Positions 10,021 through 18,661 of a DNA stretch of 64,000 nt are shown piece by piece; position 1 is the first letter of the stretch; the number at the start of each line of letters is the position of its first letter. The notes below the pieces were generated by a model. That model saw nothing but the letters and a program-made list of their open reading frames with translations, was not told the origin of the DNA and did no database searches. The DNA is taken from contig JANQMA010000001.1 of the NCBI GenBank assembly GCA_028280285.1, positions 7,184 to 71,183 on the forward strand, given 5' to 3'. Position numbers and translations under genes: made by a program. This DNA comes from Candidatus Omnitrophota bacterium (GTDB lineage: Bacteria > Omnitrophota > Gorgyraeia > Zapsychrales > Zapsychraceae).

Positions 10021-11661
10021 TTAAAATTCTTTGTATTTATTCGTAATCGGCAGGCGCCAGTCCCGCCCAAAGGCCCGTGGTGTGATTTTGATGCCTGGAG
10101 GAGCTTGCCTGCGCTTATATTCGCTTAGGTCAACGAGATTGATCGCCTTTATAGCCGCATTTTTACGCCCTTTGCCGGCCATTTTAGCAAAAGATTGATG
10201 CTTCTCCACATAACCGCTTAAAAGCTCATCCAATAGGCCATAATCTGGCAAGGAATCCTGATCCTTTTGATTAGAGCGCAGTTCGGCCGATGGCGCCCTT
10301 TTGATGATGCTCACAGGGATCACGGTTTTCCCCTGGGCATTGCGGTATTCACACAGCGCATATACTTTGGTTTTGGGCACATCCTTAATCACAGCAAACC
10401 CGCCACACATATCTCCATAAAGCGTGCAATAGCCGACCGCCATTTCGCTTTTATTGCCTGTTGTCAAAACCAGCCATCCAAATTTATTAGACAGGGCCAT
10501 AAGAAGATTACCACGTATGCGCGCCTGGATATTTTCTTCGGCTACATTCGCTTTTAATCCCTTGAAGTATGGCTTAAGCGCTCTGTCAAAAGCCCCGACA
10601 AGCGACCTAATGGGGATTTCTTTAAATTCAATCCCTAAATTTTTGGCCAAACGCTTGGCATCTGTCTGTGTACCCTTAGAGGAATACTTTGACGGCATGG
10701 ATACGCCTATCACATTGTCGCGTCCGATCGCATCGACCGCAACGGCGGCAACCAAGGCTGAATCAATCCCACCACTTAAACCAATCACCACTTTTGAAAA
10801 ACCGTTTTTACCAATATAATCCTTGGTCCCTAAAACAAGCGCGTTATAGATAGACGCAATCTGTGTTTGCGGTTTGGCTTTTTTAACAACGGTAATATTC
10901 CGTCCATAGGCTTTGGCCGCTTTAATCGGTCCTTTATGAACATCGTTGATCAGCAATTCTTCTTTAAACCGATCAGCCGAAGATATGATTTTACCGTTCG
11001 GTGCAGCAACCAGACTACCGCCATCAAAAACAAGCTCATCCTGTCCGCCAATAAGATTGGTATAAAAAATATATGCTTTGGTTTGTTTAGACCGCTTAGC
11101 AAGCAGCCTTTCTCTTTGTTTGAGTTTAGTATAGTCATAAGGAGAGCTTGAAAGATTAAATATAATTGCCGCTCCTTTTTTGGCCTGTTCTTTAAACGGC
11201 CCCTTATCGTGCCAAATGTCTTCACAAATATTGACCGCACACTTAACTTTGTTGAGCGTAAACATGCCCGACCCGCTTTTACCTTCACAAAAATAACGCT
11301 GCTCGTCAAAAACACCATAGTTAGGCAACTTTTGTTTATGATACACCTTACCAATCTTGCCATTATCAATCACCGCTGCGGCATTATAGATTCCTTTGCT
11401 ATCCTTATCGACAAATCCGACAATGGCAAAGATTCCTTTACTCTTCGCCGCAATTGTTTTAAGCGCCTTAATATTATCTTTCACAAAATGATCTTTATGC
11501 AAAAGATCTTCCGGTGGATAGCCGGTTAGGACAAGCTCCGGGAAAACAACAATGTCGGCCTTGTTCCCTTTTGCCTTTTCAATATAGGCAATGATCTTCT
11601 TTGTATTGCCTTTAAGATCGCCTACGGTCGGATTAATTTGTGCTTGGGCTACTCTTAGCAT
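10021..11661 (-). CDS. nadE: glutamine-dependent NAD+ synthetase (nitrilase domain fused to the synthetase domain)
   Basis: 546 aa; N-terminal CN-hydrolase domain plus C-terminal SGGIDS PP-loop. Confidence 0.9.
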   Translation of the reverse strand: MLRVAQAQINPTVGDLKGNTKKIIAYIEKAKGNKADIVVFPELVLTGYPPEDLLHKDHFVKDNIKALKTIAAKSKGIFAIVGFVDKDSKGIYNAAAVIDNGKIGKVYHKQKLPNYGVFDEQRYFCEGKSGSGMFTLNKVKCAVNICEDIWHDKGPFKEQAKKGAAIIFNLSSSPYDYTKLKQRERLLAKRSKQTKAYIFYTNLIGGQDELVFDGGSLVAAPNGKIISSADRFKEELLINDVHKGPIKAAKAYGRNITVVKKAKPQTQIASIYNALVLGTKDYIGKNGFSKVVIGLSGGIDSALVAAVAVDAIGRDNVIGVSMPSKYSSKGTQTDAKRLAKNLGIEFKEIPIRSLVGAFDRALKPYFKGLKANVAEENIQARIRGNLLMALSNKFGWLVLTTGNKSEMAVGYCTLYGDMCGGFAVIKDVPKTKVYALCEYRNAQGKTVIPVSIIKRAPSAELRSNQKDQDSLPDYGLLDELLSGYVEKHQSFAKMAGKGRKNAAIKAINLVDLSEYKRRQAPPGIKITPRAFGRDWRLPITNKYKEF

Positions 11662-12346
11662 GATTGAATTGTTCTATGATGCCATAAAAATTTTTATACA
11701 TTTTTTCAGCCTGTTCATTATAGCGTGTTTTTATTGTATCATACACTTTTAACATTTCTTTGCAGCGTTCTTCTTGATCCGGGCTATAAGCCTTTGACCA
11801 ATTGTCAATGCTCTCACGTGTTATCTCCACATGAAATTGTAGTCCATAGGCATTTGCACCGACACGAAAAGCTTGATTGGGGCACCCGTCGCCCGTCGCA
11901 ATTAACCGAGCGTCCGGAGAAGGCGCAAACATATCCCCATGCCAATGAAAAACGTCTAAGAGGCCGTCCACATCCTTAAATAAAGGATCATCCAAAAGAC
12001 GCGCTTTGTACCATCCGATTTCTTCTACCGGAGATTTTACCACCTTTCCTCCCGATGCCTTCGCCAATAATTGTGATCCTAAGCAAAGGCCCAAATAAGG
12101 AATTTTTTTCTTTAACACTTCTTTAATAAAGATATCAACTTCCTTTAAATACGGATACTTATCCTCCTCATAAACATTCATTGGCCCGCCAAGGCAAACA
12201 ACGGCATTAATGCCATCCAAACCATCAGGCAAACTTTGTCCTTCATAGAGCTTAATAATATCCGCAGAGCATCCTTTCTCTTGAAGTGACATAGCCAACG
12301 TTTCGGGGCCTTCAATATCGATAAATTGTAAATAAAAGACTTTCAT
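11633..12346 (-). CDS. class I glutamine amidotransferase-like protein
   Basis: 237 aa; GATase1 fold with GLCLGSQLL (nucleophile Cys) and HWHGD motif. Overlaps the nadE start by 29 nt. Confidence 0.75.
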   Translation of the reverse strand: MKVFYLQFIDIEGPETLAMSLQEKGCSADIIKLYEGQSLPDGLDGINAVVCLGGPMNVYEEDKYPYLKEVDIFIKEVLKKKIPYLGLCLGSQLLAKASGGKVVKSPVEEIGWYKARLLDDPLFKDVDGLLDVFHWHGDMFAPSPDARLIATGDGCPNQAFRVGANAYGLQFHVEITRESIDNWSKAYSPDQEERCKEMLKVYDTIKTRYNEQAEKMYKNFYGIIEQFNHAKSSPSTN

Positions 12347-12375
12347 TTTATTCCGTAACTTCAGCGTTCATTAAT

Positions 12376-12412
12376 AAAAAAACCCCGGCTGCCGTAAGCG
12401 GCCGGGGTTTTT
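12376..12412 (-). terminator. rho-independent terminator after glnN
   Basis: Minus-sense 10-bp GC-rich stem (ccccggccgc / gcggccgggg arm pair, loop cgtaa) followed by TTTTTTT. Confidence 0.6.
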
Positions 12413-12425
12413 AATAAGCCGTAAA

Positions 12426-14546
12426 TTACGACATAAACAACATTTCTGCATAAGAAGGCAGTGGCCAGCTTTCCGCCGGAACTATTCCTTCTAGCCCGTC
12501 GACCGCCACACGAAGATCGCCCGCCGCTTTACGCGCTTTACCTGTATCTCCGCCTGCCGCCGCGGCTGCTTTATCAGCAGCTGCAATCGCCGCTTCTGTC
12601 AATGTTGTTATTTCTTTCAGAAGCTTGCGTGTTTGCGTTGATTTCGTTTTATTAAGACCTTCAACCGATTTGATATTGGCTGCTAAAAGGTCTGCATATT
12701 CAATCGCTGCTGGAATAAACAGTGTTCGCGCCATATCAACCGAAAGGCTTGTTTCGTATTCAATGATTGTCTCGTATGTTTCTTGGTAAATATCATAACG
12801 AGACTGAAGCTCAGTGTTGCTAAGAACTTTGTAAGTAGCAAATAAATCCTTAGCCGCTTTTGTGGTCATTTCTTTAAGAGCTTCTGGCGTAGTCTTAAGG
12901 TTTTTTAGACCACGTTTTTTTGCCTCTTTAACCCAAGCTTCCGTATAGTTATCTCCATTGAAGATTACTCGCTTATGTTTTTTAATAATGCTTTGTAGAA
13001 GTTTTTGTACGGATTTGTTAAGGTCTTTTTTAGGTGCTTTTTCAAGCTCAGTACAAATTTCATCAAGCGCCTGAGAAACGATAGTATTAATAACGACGTT
13101 TGGTCCGGATAATGTTTGGTTAGAACCAACCGCACGAAACTCAAACTTTGCTCCAGTAAAAGCAAATGGAGAAGTCCTGTTTCTATCCGACGCATGTGCT
13201 GGTAATGCTGGAAGTTGATCAACACCAACTTCAATTGTTCCACCTGCTTTAGTCGACTTGGCTCCGCCCTTTTCGATTTGCTCGATGATATCATTTAATT
13301 GATCACCCAAATAAACCGAAATAATTGCTGGAGGCGCTTCATGTGAACCCAAACGGTGATCGTTTCCGGCTGAAGCAATCGCCGCTCTTAAAAGACCGGC
13401 ATGCGTATCAACAGCTTTGATAACCGCACAAAGCATAATAAGGAAACGCTCATTTTCGTGTGGATTGTCACCTGGTGATAACCAATTCTTTCCGTCAGGA
13501 CCGGTTACCGACCAGTTATTATGCTTTCCTGAGCCATTGACGCCGGCAAATGGTTTTTCATGCAGCAAGCAAGCTAAACCATGACGCTCAGCGACTTTTT
13601 GCATTGTTTCCATACAAAGCATGTTGTGGTCAACCGCCAGGTTTTGATTTTCAAAAACAGGAGCAACTTCGTATTGCCCTGGAGAAACCTCATTGTGGCG
13701 TGTTGTAACCGGTGAACCAAGCTTCCACATTTCGCGGTCAAGGTCTTCCATAAAACCCATAACGCGGCTTTTAATCGCACCGAAATAATGATCCGCCAAT
13801 TGCTGATGTTTGGCCGGTTCACGACCGAAAAGCGTACGTCCGGTTTGAACTAAGTCTAATCTTTGATAATAAAACTCGCGGTCGATTAAGAAATATTCTT
13901 GCTCACCGCCAAGCGTTGAGTAGGCTTTTTGTTTGCACTTGATGCCGAGAATTTTTGCCAATCGCTCAGCTTGCTCAGACAGTGCCTTCATTGAGCGCAG
14001 CAAAGGTGTTTTCTTATCGAGCGCCTCACCTTTCCATCCAACAAAGTATGTTGGAATACAAAGCGTAGCCCCCTGCGGACCTTCTTTGAGGAAAGCCGGG
14101 CTTGTCGGATCCCATCCGGTATAACCACGTGCCTCGAAAGTAGGTCTTAATCCGCCTGAAGGAAAACTTGACGCATCAGGCTCACCTTGTACCAGCTCTT
14201 CGCCTGAAAACTCAACAATAACACCACCCGAACCGTCCGGCTCGATAAACGAATCATGTTTTTCCGCTGTCATTCCAGTCAATGGTTGAAACCAATGTGT
14301 AAAGTGTGTCGCGCCGCGTGAAACAGCCCATTTTTTCATCGCATCGGCTACTTCATCCGCAATACTAGCGTCCAATTTTCCGCCTGACTGAATGGTATTC
14401 TTTAAAGATTTAAATGCTTTGTCTGAAAGGTACTTTTTCATAGCTTTCAGGCCAAAGACATTTTCTCCATAATAATCCGGGATCGACTGTGTCCCCATAA
14501 TGTCTCCTTTTGTTGCAAAGTCAATGTCTTTTAGTCTTGAACTCAT
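12426..14546 (-). CDS. glnN: glutamine synthetase type III
   Basis: 706 aa, the length class of GlnN/GSIII; GS catalytic-domain motifs. Confidence 0.88.
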   Translation of the reverse strand: MSSRLKDIDFATKGDIMGTQSIPDYYGENVFGLKAMKKYLSDKAFKSLKNTIQSGGKLDASIADEVADAMKKWAVSRGATHFTHWFQPLTGMTAEKHDSFIEPDGSGGVIVEFSGEELVQGEPDASSFPSGGLRPTFEARGYTGWDPTSPAFLKEGPQGATLCIPTYFVGWKGEALDKKTPLLRSMKALSEQAERLAKILGIKCKQKAYSTLGGEQEYFLIDREFYYQRLDLVQTGRTLFGREPAKHQQLADHYFGAIKSRVMGFMEDLDREMWKLGSPVTTRHNEVSPGQYEVAPVFENQNLAVDHNMLCMETMQKVAERHGLACLLHEKPFAGVNGSGKHNNWSVTGPDGKNWLSPGDNPHENERFLIMLCAVIKAVDTHAGLLRAAIASAGNDHRLGSHEAPPAIISVYLGDQLNDIIEQIEKGGAKSTKAGGTIEVGVDQLPALPAHASDRNRTSPFAFTGAKFEFRAVGSNQTLSGPNVVINTIVSQALDEICTELEKAPKKDLNKSVQKLLQSIIKKHKRVIFNGDNYTEAWVKEAKKRGLKNLKTTPEALKEMTTKAAKDLFATYKVLSNTELQSRYDIYQETYETIIEYETSLSVDMARTLFIPAAIEYADLLAANIKSVEGLNKTKSTQTRKLLKEITTLTEAAIAAADKAAAAAGGDTGKARKAAGDLRVAVDGLEGIVPAESWPLPSYAEMLFMS

Positions 14547-14569
14547 TTTTCCGTCTCCTATTCGGGCCT

Positions 14570-14619
14570 AAAATAAAAAATCCTCTAAGAAAAGCCACAC
14601 TTCCGGCTTCTTTAGAGGA
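14570..14619 (-). promoter_or_regulatory. leader hairpin plus U-tract about 25 nt upstream of the glnN start (terminator-like attenuator)
   Basis: Minus-sense tcctctaaagaagcc-ggaagtgtg-ggcttttcttagagga followed by ttttttatttt, then the SD and ATG. The 3' half (GGCTTTTC..GAGGATTTTTTATTT) is near-identical to the amtB leader element at 16921..16960. Confidence 0.5.
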
Positions 14620-14707
14620 CTCCATTGCCCATTAATACATTGTACCTAAATCCTTATGCAATATACTACTCCTTCGAGCTTCGCTGCTCTTGGAAGAAAG
14701 ATAGCCC

Positions 14708-14736
14708 AGTATACATTTGTCGAAAATCTTTGTCAA
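14708..14736 (-). promoter_or_regulatory. sigma70-like promoter for glnN (TTGACA-17-TATACT)
   Basis: Minus strand: -35 TTGACA at 14731..14736 (coordinates on the + strand), 17-nt spacer, -10 TATACT at 14708..14713. A TGTCA-N9-TGACA palindrome at 14731..14749 overlaps the -35. Confidence 0.5.
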
Positions 14737-14789
14737 GATTTTTTTGACAGGCAAATCTTGTTTTCTCCCAACTAGATACAACAATTTAA

Positions 14790-14828
14790 TCTAACAAACC
14801 GGCCCCCAAAAATCCTTCTGGGGGCCGG
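14790..14828 (-). terminator. terminator after glnB
   Basis: Minus-sense ccggccccc-agaaggattttt-gggggccgg followed by tttgtt. Confidence 0.5.
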
Positions 14829-14870
14829 GATTTAACAGACAATTTGGGAAGGGGTATTTGTCTGTCTATA

Positions 14871-15212
14871 TTAACCTATCGCATCTGATCCGGTTTCTTC
14901 GGTTCGGATACGCATGCATTCTTCTAGAGGTAAGACAAAAATCTTACCGTCACCAATACGGCCTGTCTTAGCACCTTTGATGATTGCCTTAATCGTTGTA
15001 TCAACAAACTCATCGTTAACACCAACTTCAAGGCGTACTTTTTTAACCAAGTTGACTTCATGAACAACGCCGCGGTAGTTTTCGGCATAACCGCCCTGCT
15101 GTCCACAACCAACAACGTTTGTCACCGTCATCTTTTTAATACCTGCATCAAATAATGCTTTTTTAGTCGCAGGTAAGTTGTGCGGTTTTATCATCGCTAT
15201 AACTAACTTCAT
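14871..15212 (-). CDS. glnB: nitrogen regulatory protein P-II
   Basis: 113 aa; P-II fold with T-loop [12 protein letters not shown]. Confidence 0.9.
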   Translation of the reverse strand: MKLVIAMIKPHNLPATKKALFDAGIKKMTVTNVVGCGQQGGYAENYRGVVHEVNLVKKVRLEVGVNDEFVDTTIKAIIKGAKTGRIGDGKIFVLPLEECMRIRTEETGSDAIG

Positions 15213-15242
15213 TTTATTTCCTCCTTAAGATATATTTCATTT

Positions 15243-15336
15243 AGGAAACTTGCACAAGTCCTGGGCTTTATTCGGTTTATTTCAAAGAAAGGAGGGATAT
15301 GTTCCATCTTTGAATAAATACTTGCGCAAGTTTCCC
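15243..15336. promoter_or_regulatory. two copies of the palindromic motif GGAAACTTG-N-GCAAGT in the amtB-glnB intergenic region
   Basis: aggaaacttgcacaagtcct at 15243..15262 and aaatacttgcgcaagtttccc at 15316..15336. The core ACTTGCGCAAGT is a perfect 12-bp palindrome. Confidence 0.35.
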
Positions 15337-15368
15337 AAATTGATCTCTTAATCATAAACTTACCTTTA

Positions 15369-16715
15369 TTATTGAGTTTGAAAGATTTGGAATCCATCGT
15401 AAGCTTCCATAGAATGCTCGCTGATATCCAAACCTTGGTATTCTTCCTTTTCGGATACACGCACACCGATTGTTGCTTTAAGCGCGCCAAAAATAACTAA
15501 CGCAGAGATTGCCGCAACAATACCATAGGCTACAACACCTAGTAACTGCACGCCGAATGAGAAGTCGCCTTCGCCGAAAATACCGACGGCAAGCGTTCCC
15601 CAAATACCGCAAACCAAATGCACAGATGTCGCCCCAACAGGGTCATCGATCTTAAGTGTTGAATCGATAAAAACAACCGATACAACAACCAGTGCACCCG
15701 CAACCAACCCAACGATAACTGCGTTAAAAGGCGAAATAACGTCCGCCCCGGCTGTAATACCTACAAGACCTGCTAGTGATCCGTTAAGCACCATCGAAAG
15801 GTCTGGTTTCTTTTGTACAATTTCTGACATGATCATGGCCCCAACAATACCGGCAGCAGCAGCCAAACATGTTGTTACAAGAACAAATGACGTTAATGCC
15901 GGGTCAGCTGAAAGAACTGAACCACCATTAAACCCAAACCAACCAAGCCATAATAGGAAGACACCGATTGTAGCAAGCGGCATGCTGTGTCCAGGAATTG
16001 CTTTAATTGAATTACCAATATATTTTCCTGTACGCGGTCCAAGAAGTAGGGCACATATCAATGCTCCCCATCCACCAACTGAGTGAACAAGAGTAGAACC
16101 GGCGAAATCATAGAAGCCTTTAGCATCTAACCATCCACCACCCCATTTCCAGCTACCTAACCATGGGTAAATAACCCCAACGAATACAACTGAGAAAATA
16201 AGGAAAGAGTGCAATTTAACACGTTCTGCTACCGCACCAGATACAATAGTAGCCGCTGTTGCCGCGAACATACCTTGAAATAGAAAATCTGTCCAATACG
16301 TATATCCCCCGTCTGCATAAGCAATCAGACCGTCTGCTCCTTCCGGAGAGGCGATGCCGAAGCCTGCAAAACCGAGCCATGTCCCGGCAATCCAAGCGTC
16401 ACCTGGGTACATAAGATTAAAACCGCCGATTGCATACGTCAGCAAACCGATTGAAATAATCATTGTGTTCTTAAAAAGGATATTAACCGTATTTTTTGCA
16501 CGGGTTAGACCTGCCTCTAAACAGGCAAAACCAAGATGCATGATGAAAACAAGAAATGTTGCCACCATCATCCAAATGTTATTAGCCACAAATACCGCAT
16601 CATCACCTGTCGCTTGAGCAGCGGCTAATGAAGGAATACTCAGCATAGCAACAGCCATTAAGGCCAGCCTACCGAACTTTCCTAATTTGTTTGTTATTGT
16701 TTTAAACATTCTCAA
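15369..16715 (-). CDS. amtB: ammonium transporter
   Basis: 448 aa; Amt/MEP family; multiple transmembrane segments; signal-like N-terminus. Confidence 0.93.
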   Translation of the reverse strand: MRMFKTITNKLGKFGRLALMAVAMLSIPSLAAAQATGDDAVFVANNIWMMVATFLVFIMHLGFACLEAGLTRAKNTVNILFKNTMIISIGLLTYAIGGFNLMYPGDAWIAGTWLGFAGFGIASPEGADGLIAYADGGYTYWTDFLFQGMFAATAATIVSGAVAERVKLHSFLIFSVVFVGVIYPWLGSWKWGGGWLDAKGFYDFAGSTLVHSVGGWGALICALLLGPRTGKYIGNSIKAIPGHSMPLATIGVFLLWLGWFGFNGGSVLSADPALTSFVLVTTCLAAAAGIVGAMIMSEIVQKKPDLSMVLNGSLAGLVGITAGADVISPFNAVIVGLVAGALVVVSVVFIDSTLKIDDPVGATSVHLVCGIWGTLAVGIFGEGDFSFGVQLLGVVAYGIVAAISALVIFGALKATIGVRVSEKEEYQGLDISEHSMEAYDGFQIFQTQ

Positions 16716-17029
16716 TTCCTCCTAATTAATGTTAATTTCATCGAACTGCCTTACCTCTTGCTGCTTTACTACTTAATTGCTGAACTTCCGCATACTGCCG
16801 AGTTTTTGCTTCATTATCCCTCCTCATGGTTAATGACTGGTTGCCTAAAACACAAGAAGCCCCCGAGAGAGACTCACGTCTCCATCGAGGGCTTCTTTGC
16901 CCATATATTTACCTCCGGTAAATAAAAAATCCTCGAAAAGCCTTATGCTTTGTCGAGGACATCGGTGCCCAAAAAATCAGAATTATGTTGAATTAAGTCG
17001 CCCAGGAAACTTCTATGCTTCCACTAACT
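16716..17029 (-). promoter_or_regulatory. structured amtB 5' leader of about 300 nt with two terminator-like hairpins and a 19-codon uORF
   Basis: Minus sense. Hairpin T2 at 16931..16960 is followed by a U-run (16921..16930). Then SD GGAGG (16912..16916), 6 nt, ATG (16902..16904) and a 19-aa ORF MGKEALDGDVSLSRGLLVF (16845..16904). That ORF spans hairpin T1 (16856..16895), which is followed by cttgtgtttt. Confidence 0.5.
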
Positions 17030-17036
17030 TGCTTGA

Positions 17037-17065
17037 AGTATACTCACTAAATGCTCAAATGTCAA
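17037..17065 (-). promoter_or_regulatory. sigma70-like promoter for the amtB-glnB leader (TTGACA-17-TATACT)
   Basis: Minus strand: -35 TTGACA at 17060..17065, 17-nt spacer, -10 TATACT at 17037..17042. Hexamers are identical to the glnN promoter. Confidence 0.55.
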
Positions 17066-17160
17066 GAAATTTTTTTAAGAGCGTAACTCATTTTACAACA
17101 ACGGTTTGCGTGCCTCTACTTGCACTCCACTTCAACTGCGGCAGTTGAAGTGGTTTAGTT

Positions 17161-18384
17161 TTATTTACGAAACTCATCCATAAGCAGGATCGATTCGGCG
17201 ATTTCTTTCATGGTTTTGCAGGAATCCATGGCCTTTTTGTGGATCAATTTATAGGCGGCATCTTCTGTCATTCCATTCATGCTCATAAGTATGCCTTTGG
17301 CCCGGTCGATCACCTTACGGGTTTCAAGGGCATCTTTTGCCTTGAGCGCATCCTCGACCAATTTGGTATTTTCAACGGCTGTTGCCGCCTGATTGGCAAT
17401 GATCTGAAGCACATCTATTTCTTGTGGGCTGAATTTATGCGGCTTTTTTGTATACACGTTGATCACACCAATCGCTGTATCTTTTATGACCATAGGAACG
17501 GCAAGCAGCGAGGTTAAATTTTCTTTAACCGCAAGCTCTTTAAAGGCAAACTTCTCTTCTTCTTGTACATTTTCGATCGCAATAGGCTTTTTTGTCTTAA
17601 GCGCTTGACCGCTGACACTATCGTTTACCTTAATATTAGGCTTCTTTTTATATGTCACACTTAAACTTTGTGTGGCCATAATCGCCAACTCATTTTTCTT
17701 TTTATCATGCATCATAATCGAACATATTTGCGAATTAAGCATCTCGGCCGTCACAACCACAATCAGATTAAGGATTTCATCGAGATAATCTTCGGAAGTA
17801 ACCGATTCGCTGACCTTTATAATGCTGTCAAACTGTAGCGCCTTTGTTTTGGTCTCTTCATACAGTTTGGCTGAACGAATAACGCCGCTGATTTGCTTGG
17901 CAATAAGCGTAATTAAATCAACCGTATTGTCCCCATAGGCATGTGCCTTTTTATGCTGAATATTAACAACCCCGATCGGCTTATGCTTATAAGTAACCGG
18001 AACTGACAGGATCGCTTCGTATTTATCTTCAGGTAAGACCTCGATCGCCTTAAAGCGTTCATCTTTATACGCATTTTTTTCAATCGCCACCGGCTCATTG
18101 TGGCTGACAACCCAACCTCCAATCCCTTCGCCTACCTCTAATATAACATTACCCAGTTCTTGTTTATGCGGTGTTTTGGAAGCCAAAAGCACGAGGTTTT
18201 GTTGATTATCGTCAAATAGATAGATGAAGACAGAATCGGCCTTGGTCATGTCCGTCATAACCTTGACCACATTATCTAATATGCTTTTAAGATCAAGCTC
18301 AGAGTTGGTGATCTCAACGACTTTGCGTAGAATCGCAATTTCTTGATCTTGGTCAATGTTAAGTTTCTTAGTTGAAGTTTTCAT
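17161..18384 (-). CDS. GAF-GAF-ANTAR RNA-binding antitermination regulator
   Basis: 407 aa; two GAF-like domains and a C-terminal ANTAR domain (DRAKGILMSMNGMTEDAAYKLIHKKAMDSCKTMKEIAESI). Confidence 0.8.
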   Translation of the reverse strand: MKTSTKKLNIDQDQEIAILRKVVEITNSELDLKSILDNVVKVMTDMTKADSVFIYLFDDNQQNLVLLASKTPHKQELGNVILEVGEGIGGWVVSHNEPVAIEKNAYKDERFKAIEVLPEDKYEAILSVPVTYKHKPIGVVNIQHKKAHAYGDNTVDLITLIAKQISGVIRSAKLYEETKTKALQFDSIIKVSESVTSEDYLDEILNLIVVVTAEMLNSQICSIMMHDKKKNELAIMATQSLSVTYKKKPNIKVNDSVSGQALKTKKPIAIENVQEEEKFAFKELAVKENLTSLLAVPMVIKDTAIGVINVYTKKPHKFSPQEIDVLQIIANQAATAVENTKLVEDALKAKDALETRKVIDRAKGILMSMNGMTEDAAYKLIHKKAMDSCKTMKEIAESILLMDEFRK

Positions 18385-18406
18385 TTTTCAGAGTATACTA
18401 CAAACC

Positions 18407-18568
18407 ATGCAGATAATGCTAACTATTCTTTTCTTTGGACTTTGCTTAGCCGGAATGGCCTCCGGCCTTATTTTTGCCAAAAAAATCTTACGCAAAGGCT
18501 GCAGCGACGATCCAGACGCATGTAGATGCCGAAACGAAGGCAAAGATCCGTCTACTTGCGATAAGTAA
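18407..18568 (+). CDS. small single-TM Cys-rich protein, NqrM-like (Na+-NQR maturation factor) candidate
   Basis: 53 aa from the ATG at 18407: one TM helix (MLTILFFGLCLAGMASGLIFA) then KGCSDDPDACRCRNEGKDPSTCDK with 4 Cys. Convergent with nqrF and shares the hairpin at 18579..18641. The first 17 codons of the track ORF overlap the regulator start and are probably not coding. Confidence 0.45.
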   Translation: MQIMLTILFFGLCLAGMASGLIFAKKILRKGCSDDPDACRCRNEGKDPSTCDK

Positions 18569-18578
18569 TAAACAAAAG

Positions 18579-18641
18579 AGCCTTAAGCTTTAAGCCCTAA
18601 GCCATAAAAAACTATGGCTTACAGCTTACGGCCTAAGGCTT
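18579..18641. terminator. bidirectional terminator between nqrF and the NqrM-like ORF
   Basis: Imperfect hairpin with about 29-nt arms (agccttaagctttaagccctaagccata / tatggcttacagcttacggcctaaggctt) and T-rich tracts on both strands. Confidence 0.5.
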
Positions 18642-18661
18642 TTATCAATTTACTCAGCAAA

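Noticed and set aside
16897-17148. 83-aa plus-strand ORF in the amtB leader
   Set aside because: Lies in a region better explained as the structured 5' leader of amtB on the opposite strand; no SD; composition atypical.
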